Under the pieces are notes generated by a model. It was not told where the DNA came from, made no database searches, and saw nothing but the letters and a program-made list of their open reading frames with translations. Positions 58,881 to 64,000 of a stretch of 64,000 bases of DNA are shown piece after piece. Both the position numbers and the translations under genes were made by a program. Source of the stretch: Candidatus Poribacteria bacterium (GTDB lineage Bacteria > Poribacteria > WGA-4E > PCPOR2b); NCBI GenBank assembly GCA_965215015.1, contig OZ244042.1:2848001-2912000 (forward strand). Direction: 5' to 3'. Positions within the stretch are counted from its first letter, which is position 1. Each line of letters begins with the position of its first letter.

Positions 58881-58959
58881 GCCGGCGATCAAAATAAAAA
58901 TAGAGTCGCGGAATTTAGGCACCATCTCAGGTTTGATAACTCTATAGGGTTAAATTATC

Positions 58960-59760
58960 TTATGTCAAACAGATTGTGATTGTGTCCCCCCGCCTGAGTC
59001 CTAGGACTTGTGCCGCATTACCTTGGTTGATTGAGATTTCGAGCCGATTAAAGCTGCCAACGATTGCTAGCACCTCGCCAACTGCCGATTCAGCGTAGGA
59101 TCGGTTGAGATGATTTATCTCTGTACCTCCCGCATGGATAGTAACACCGTTTTGTCCTTTCAGTGATTCCAAGATTTCCTGAGAAATGTTTGTGACCAAA
59201 TTCCCGAAGGAATCGATCCAGATGATATGACCGATAACCCCTTTGTCCGTCACTTCTGGTCTTGGAACGGGGAGTTGAACGGGATGTGTAATAGGGTTTC
59301 CCAAGTTATCAATTGGTATACCGCGTGAGAGGTACGCTGCGATGGGGGCGAAAATGTCCCTGCCATGAAACGTGTTACTCACCTGCGGCAGAAAGTAAGT
59401 CGAGTTCTCCACTGCTAGGGTGCGGGTACGCTTTTCATTGCAGAGGATATGGGTCAAAATACCGTTATCCGGGCAGACGAAATAGGCTATGTCTGTTTGG
59501 CAGACGATGGCTCGGCGTTCACCGCCCACCCCGGGATCTACGACGATCACATGAATCGTTCCGGTTGGGAAATAGCGATACGTGGAATCAATCAGGAATG
59601 CAGCACCGTGGATATCCTGCGGCGGAATGGCGTGCGTGATGTCAACGATTTGGACTTGCGGATTAATATTCAGCAGCACACCTTTCATAACACCGACATA
59701 GTGGTCGCTTGTCCCAAAATCGGTCATCAGTGTGATAGTACGGGATGGTGCAAGATTCAT
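58960..59760 (-). CDS. SAM hydroxide adenosyltransferase (DUF62; chlorinase/fluorinase fold)
   Basis: TDFG, VVDPGVG..RR, PDNG, TFHGRDIFAP and DSFGN motifs. Confidence 0.92.
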   Translation of the reverse strand: MNLAPSRTITLMTDFGTSDHYVGVMKGVLLNINPQVQIVDITHAIPPQDIHGAAFLIDSTYRYFPTGTIHVIVVDPGVGGERRAIVCQTDIAYFVCPDNGILTHILCNEKRTRTLAVENSTYFLPQVSNTFHGRDIFAPIAAYLSRGIPIDNLGNPITHPVQLPVPRPEVTDKGVIGHIIWIDSFGNLVTNISQEILESLKGQNGVTIHAGGTEINHLNRSYAESAVGEVLAIVGSFNRLEISINQGNAAQVLGLRRGDTITICLT

Positions 59761-59850
59761 TCTGGCTTACCTCACAAATATAGACAGGTAGATTACATAG
59801 ACCCAAAAGTCTACCAGAGCGAACAACCGTAAGCAAGACGAAATATTCGC

Positions 59851-59879
59851 TTGCACTGTCCCATGCGCTGGGCTATAAT
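59851..59879 (+). promoter_or_regulatory. Sigma70 promoter of the methyltransferase gene
   Basis: TTGCAC-N17-TATAAT. Confidence 0.6.
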
Positions 59880-59937
59880 ACTGATATAAGATTTTGAGAA
59901 CTTGTGTGGAGCACCTAACGAAAAGGCGAACTAAAAA

Positions 59938-61524
59938 ATGATGGAAGACAGAGATTTAATGACAATTCCTGAAGCCAGCAAATGGGCAACGGATTATCTT
60001 AAAAAAAACGTAACCGTTTCCAATATCTCCTATCTAATTCAGTATGGAAGAATCCGAAAATATGATAACAATGGTTCCACACGGGTTTCAAAACAGGACT
60101 TGCTTAAATATTATCATTCATATCTAGGAACACGAGAAGTCGACTGGAAGGCGCAACTAGGCGAAGACATCAATTGGGGGTTGTCATTTGATTATCTGAA
60201 AGAAGCTGATACAACGAAACATGTCCATAGGCTCCATCCATATAAAGGCAAATTCATCCCCCAACTGGTTGAATACTTCTTAGACAATCACACAGATGAT
60301 TTCAAAAAAGATGTGTGTTTCAAACAAGGTGATATTATCCTCGATCCGTTTTGTGGTAGCGGCACAACACTGGTGCAAGCTAACGAACTTGGAATGCGCG
60401 CTATCGGTATTGACATTTCCGCATTTAATACGCTCATCAGCAACATTAAAATAGAAAAACATAATCTTGTTGATGTACAGAATGAAATTCACAACATCAC
60501 AAACGGTCTTAAACGATTTATCAGCGAATCCAATATCGCTCAATTTGAAGCCCAACTCACCGCGGAACTTAACGAGTTTAATCACGAATATTTCCCCTCC
60601 CCTGATTTCAAATACCAAGTTAGGCAGGGACTGATTAATCAAGAAAAATACGGGAAAGAAAAAGAGGAGCAATTCTCACTCAGATATTTTCAACTCATTA
60701 ACCGATATGGAGTCAAATTAGGGCAAAGACAATCAGAGAATTTCCTCGATATGTGGTATTTATTGCCTGTAAGGGAAGAGATCGACTTTGTCTTTGAGCG
60801 CGTTAAACACATCCAAAACCGTGAAACACAACGGGTAGTCCAGATCATTTTGAGTCGAACGATTCGCACTTGCCGAGCAACAATGCATGCAGATTTGGGC
60901 ACCTTAAAAGAACCTGTAACAGCGGCTTACTACTGTGCTAAACACGGTAAAATGTGCAAGCCGTTGTTTTCAATATTAAGTTGGTGGGAGCGATACAGTC
61001 AAGATACAATTCAACGCCTTGTTCAGTTTGGTAAATTGAAAACTGGTACGTTTCAAACCTGTCTAACCGGAAATTCCCGGACAATTGATATTATTGAAGC
61101 ACTAAAGGCAGATAACCCAGGTTTTGCCCAATTCGTGAGGGAACAGAAGATTAAAGGGGTTTTCTCTAGCCCACCGTATGTTGGGCTTATCAACTATCAC
61201 GAACAACACGCCTACGCCTATGATTTATTTGAATTTGATCGAAAGGATGAACTAGAGATTGGGCCGCTCTCTAAGGGTAAAGGAAAAGAAGCCAGAGAAC
61301 AATATATCAAAGGTATTTCAGAAGTGTTGAGGAATTGCACGAAATTCTTAGCCCGAGATTATGATGTTTTTCTGGTGGCAAATGATAAGTTCAATATGTA
61401 TCCAACGATTGCGGAGTGTTCGGGGATGCGAATCGCTAATCAATATAAACGCCCCGTTCTCAACAGGACAGAAAAGGACAAAGGCGCGTACTCCGAAAGT
61501 ATTTTCCATCTGAAATCAAAATAG
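59938..61524 (+). CDS. Type II DNA amino-methyltransferase (SPPY, likely N4-cytosine) with an N-terminal HTH
   Basis: HPYKGKFIPQ, DPFCGSGTT (motif I) before SSPPY (motif IV); N-terminal LMTIPEASKWA...ISYLIQYGRI; AT-rich. Confidence 0.9.
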   Translation: MMEDRDLMTIPEASKWATDYLKKNVTVSNISYLIQYGRIRKYDNNGSTRVSKQDLLKYYHSYLGTREVDWKAQLGEDINWGLSFDYLKEADTTKHVHRLHPYKGKFIPQLVEYFLDNHTDDFKKDVCFKQGDIILDPFCGSGTTLVQANELGMRAIGIDISAFNTLISNIKIEKHNLVDVQNEIHNITNGLKRFISESNIAQFEAQLTAELNEFNHEYFPSPDFKYQVRQGLINQEKYGKEKEEQFSLRYFQLINRYGVKLGQRQSENFLDMWYLLPVREEIDFVFERVKHIQNRETQRVVQIILSRTIRTCRATMHADLGTLKEPVTAAYYCAKHGKMCKPLFSILSWWERYSQDTIQRLVQFGKLKTGTFQTCLTGNSRTIDIIEALKADNPGFAQFVREQKIKGVFSSPPYVGLINYHEQHAYAYDLFEFDRKDELEIGPLSKGKGKEAREQYIKGISEVLRNCTKFLARDYDVFLVANDKFNMYPTIAECSGMRIANQYKRPVLNRTEKDKGAYSESIFHLKSK

Positions 61525-61543
61525 CGTACAGGTTGAGACAAAT

Positions 61544-61762
61544 ATGCCGCTATCCAAGTAACAAGCAACATCGCCGGAACCCTATAAGCGTTGGACAGCA
61601 AAAGGGATGTTGGATTTAGGACAAGAGTTAAGGGTTGCCGATGAATTTTGGGATTTCTTAAGTGGAGATAGCGCGTATCAGGATTTATTAGATTGTTTTG
61701 AAAGAGTTGGTATTGAATTATGGACTGAGATTAATCACTATTTTGAGAAATTTAGAAATTGA
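61544..61762 (+). pseudogene. Internally deleted type II restriction endonuclease (TdeIII-like C-terminus)
   Basis: MPLSK* then in frame PEPYKRWTAKGMLDLGQELRVADEFWDFLSGDSAYQDLLDCFERVGIELWTEINHYF. Confidence 0.7.
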
Positions 61763-61786
61763 TTCAAAACTGAAACAGGAGCGACA

Positions 61787-62923
61787 ATGGAAAGATTTTT
61801 ACCGATCGCAGACTCAACGCTTTACCCCGTCTACGAGAAAGTTCAGGCGGATGAACGCCTCTCTTTTGAAGATGGGGTAAGGCTCTATGAAAGCCCGGAT
61901 ATCAACGGCGTTGGCTATCTCGCCAACATCGTGCGAGAACGACAGAACGGGAATCTTGCCTACTATAACCTGAACCAACATATCGACTACTCGAATGTGT
62001 GTATCTTACATGCACGTTGTCACTTTTGTGCGTTTGCACGGAAAAACATACAGACCGCCGGGGCATGGGAGATGAGCATTGATGAATTTCTGGATAAGGC
62101 GATGTATTCCATTGACCACGGCTGCACAGAAATTCACAGCGTCGGCGGCCTGCATCCGAAGCTACCGTTTGAATACTATCTCGACATGCTTCGCGGATTG
62201 AAGCAGCGGATGCCACAGGTTCATCTCAAGTTTTTCACGGCTGTGGAAATTCATCATTTTTCACGGATATTCAAGATGTCAATTGAGGAGGTCCTGATTG
62301 CATTGCGCGAGGCAGGGCTAGATTCGCTGCCCGGCGGCGGGGCGGAGATTTTCGCGGAAGAGACACGAGAAAAAATCTGTCCCGGCAAATTGAGCGCGGA
62401 AGGGTGGCTTGAGGTACATGACATTGCTCACCGGCTGGATATCCCAACGAATGCGACGATGCTCTATGGACATCTCGAAACGACTGAAGATCGGGTGGAT
62501 CACCTGATTCGCCTTCGCGAGCAGCAGGACAAATCGGGCGGTTTTGTCACCTTTATTCCGCTTGCCTTCCATCCCGAAAACACGCGAATGGATTATCTAC
62601 CGAGCACATCCGGTTTGACCGATTTGCAAAATGTAGCGGTGTCGCGTCTATTGCTTGACAATTTCCCACACATCAAAGTGTATTGGATTATGACCGGACT
62701 GAAGACCGCCCAAATCGCGCTGAGTTTTGGGGCAGATGACATTGACGGCACCGTAACGGAAGAGAAGATTACACACATGGCAGGTGCCGACACCCCAGAG
62801 GCAATCTCAGCAGAAGAGATTACCCAGCTAATTGAGGAGGCCGGTCGCATATCCGTTGAGCGCGACACGCTCTATAACGAAATTATCCGAGAAGGAAATC
62901 AATGGCACAGAAAAGCCGCGTGA
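61787..62923 (+). CDS. mqnE: Aminofutalosine synthase (radical SAM, CofH/MqnE family)
   Basis: YSNVCILHARCHFCAF, VGGLHP, SLPGGGAEIF, NATMLYGH and FIPLAFHP; adjacent to mqnA. Confidence 0.88.
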   Translation: MERFLPIADSTLYPVYEKVQADERLSFEDGVRLYESPDINGVGYLANIVRERQNGNLAYYNLNQHIDYSNVCILHARCHFCAFARKNIQTAGAWEMSIDEFLDKAMYSIDHGCTEIHSVGGLHPKLPFEYYLDMLRGLKQRMPQVHLKFFTAVEIHHFSRIFKMSIEEVLIALREAGLDSLPGGGAEIFAEETREKICPGKLSAEGWLEVHDIAHRLDIPTNATMLYGHLETTEDRVDHLIRLREQQDKSGGFVTFIPLAFHPENTRMDYLPSTSGLTDLQNVAVSRLLLDNFPHIKVYWIMTGLKTAQIALSFGADDIDGTVTEEKITHMAGADTPEAISAEEITQLIEEAGRISVERDTLYNEIIREGNQWHRKAA

Positions 62924-63714
62924 AAGTTGGGGCGGTTTCGTTTCTCAACACGAAACCACTGATTCACTCCCTTGTGGAAGACCCTCAATTCCCCGGCAGC
63001 GAGGCAATAGAACTTAGCTTAGCAGTACCAAGTCGTTTAGCAACGGAATTAAAGGACGGAGCTCTTGACGTTGGATTGATTCCAATCATTGAATACTTCC
63101 GAACGGACAACGAATATAGAATTATACCGGACATTTCAATCTGCTCGCGGGGCCCCGTTTTGAGCATCCAACTGTTCAGTCATGTGCCTATTCCTGCTAT
63201 CCGTCACGTTGCGCTTGACACCAGTTCACGCTCATCTCGTGCGCTTGTACAGATTGTGCTCGCCGAGAAATATAACCTACATCCCGAATTTTATTCCTGT
63301 CCACCCACGATCAATCCGCAAGCGGCAGATACAGACGCAGTGCTATTAATCGGGGATGCGGCATTGCGAAGACTCGGTGCAACGGATTATACCGTAGATC
63401 TTGGTGAGGAATGGACTACATTGACAGGGCTACCGTTTGTTTATGCTTGCTGGGTAGCACGGGGAGAGGTTGAGTTAGGACAAGCTCCCCAAACGCTTTT
63501 GAAGGCAAAAGAATGTGGCATTAATAAAGTGCCTGAGATTGCCCGAATCGAGTCCCAAAGACTCGGTTTTCCCGAAACGCTCTGTCGAGATTATCTGACC
63601 AAGCATATTTTCTACGAACTTAGTGATTCAGAAATTGTTGGATTGATGAGGTTCTATGAGCTTGCGGTGAAATATGATCTTGCCCAACCCGATGTGAAAC
63701 TGAGGTTTGTATGA
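62902..63714 (+). CDS. mqnA: Chorismate dehydratase (futalosine menaquinone pathway)
   Basis: GAVSFLNTKPL, SSRSS, LLIGDAAL and DLGEEWTTLTGLPFVYA motifs. Confidence 0.93.
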   Translation: MAQKSRVKVGAVSFLNTKPLIHSLVEDPQFPGSEAIELSLAVPSRLATELKDGALDVGLIPIIEYFRTDNEYRIIPDISICSRGPVLSIQLFSHVPIPAIRHVALDTSSRSSRALVQIVLAEKYNLHPEFYSCPPTINPQAADTDAVLLIGDAALRRLGATDYTVDLGEEWTTLTGLPFVYACWVARGEVELGQAPQTLLKAKECGINKVPEIARIESQRLGFPETLCRDYLTKHIFYELSDSEIVGLMRFYELAVKYDLAQPDVKLRFV

Positions 63715-64000
63715 ATTTCTGACGATGTGGGCACCTAACTGGAGGTTGGTCTCCGAACGGCTTTTCGAGACAGCAGAACCGAATTGAATGAAGAAGATTC
63801 AACTATTGAAGGAATTGGAGTTGTGAAGAGTAACCCCCCGCCTACAGCTCGCATCAATACAAACATATAGGATTCATTCTAACTTCTCAGTGCTATTATG
63901 AGTTTGACTTGATATCTCCCCACGGCTTTGGAGCCACCCCCTGCACCGAGACCGGCAGCTGGCTATTCCATTCGCTGGGGGAGGTATCATTCGCCGGATG

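Noticed and set aside
58960-59760. SAM-dependent chlorinase/fluorinase as a true halogenase
   Set aside because: It has the TFHGRD His and the DPGVG..RR Asp/Arg residues typical of SAM hydroxide adenosyltransferases (DUF62), rather than the SalL/FlA halide-site residues.
63720-64000. Possible 3' end of a minus-strand gene at the window edge
   Set aside because: An open frame of about 40 codons exists but has no recognisable motif, so it cannot be supported from this window.

Overview
Bacterial chromosome segment whose gene content (seven intact PhyH-family Fe/2OG dioxygenases, NHL-repeat and sialidase genes, a giant protein ending in a 'NYPNPFNPETWIPY...RKMLILK' FlgD-Ig/T9SS-type tail, dense palindromic intergenic repeats) is most consistent with Candidatus Poribacteria; this is an inference from gene content, not a database result. 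The right third is housekeeping: murD-ftsW-murG-murC-ftsQ-ftsA-ftsZ, futalosine genes mqnE/mqnA and an orphan DNA methyltransferase beside a deleted restriction enzyme. The left two-thirds is heavily rearranged. (1) A 7.4-kb island (about 10.0-17.4 kb) is bounded by two inverted, N-terminally truncated Cre-like tyrosine recombinase genes. It carries a perfect sigma70 promoter driving a ~250-nt multi-hairpin, terminator-capped RNA, a secreted/Cys-rich/membrane trio, and a translationally coupled five-gene operon that includes a DarT-like ADP-ribosyltransferase candidate and a His-rich lipoprotein. (2) A 2311-aa repeat surface protein gene sits inside a split membrane-protein gene. Its ~200-nt non-coding leader is nearly identical to that of a paralog starting at position 231, while the coding regions diverge quickly. 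(3) Several IS200/IS605 (TnpB) remnants are present, and two of their right ends abut orphan 3' gene stubs. No rRNA, tRNA or CRISPR array was recognised.
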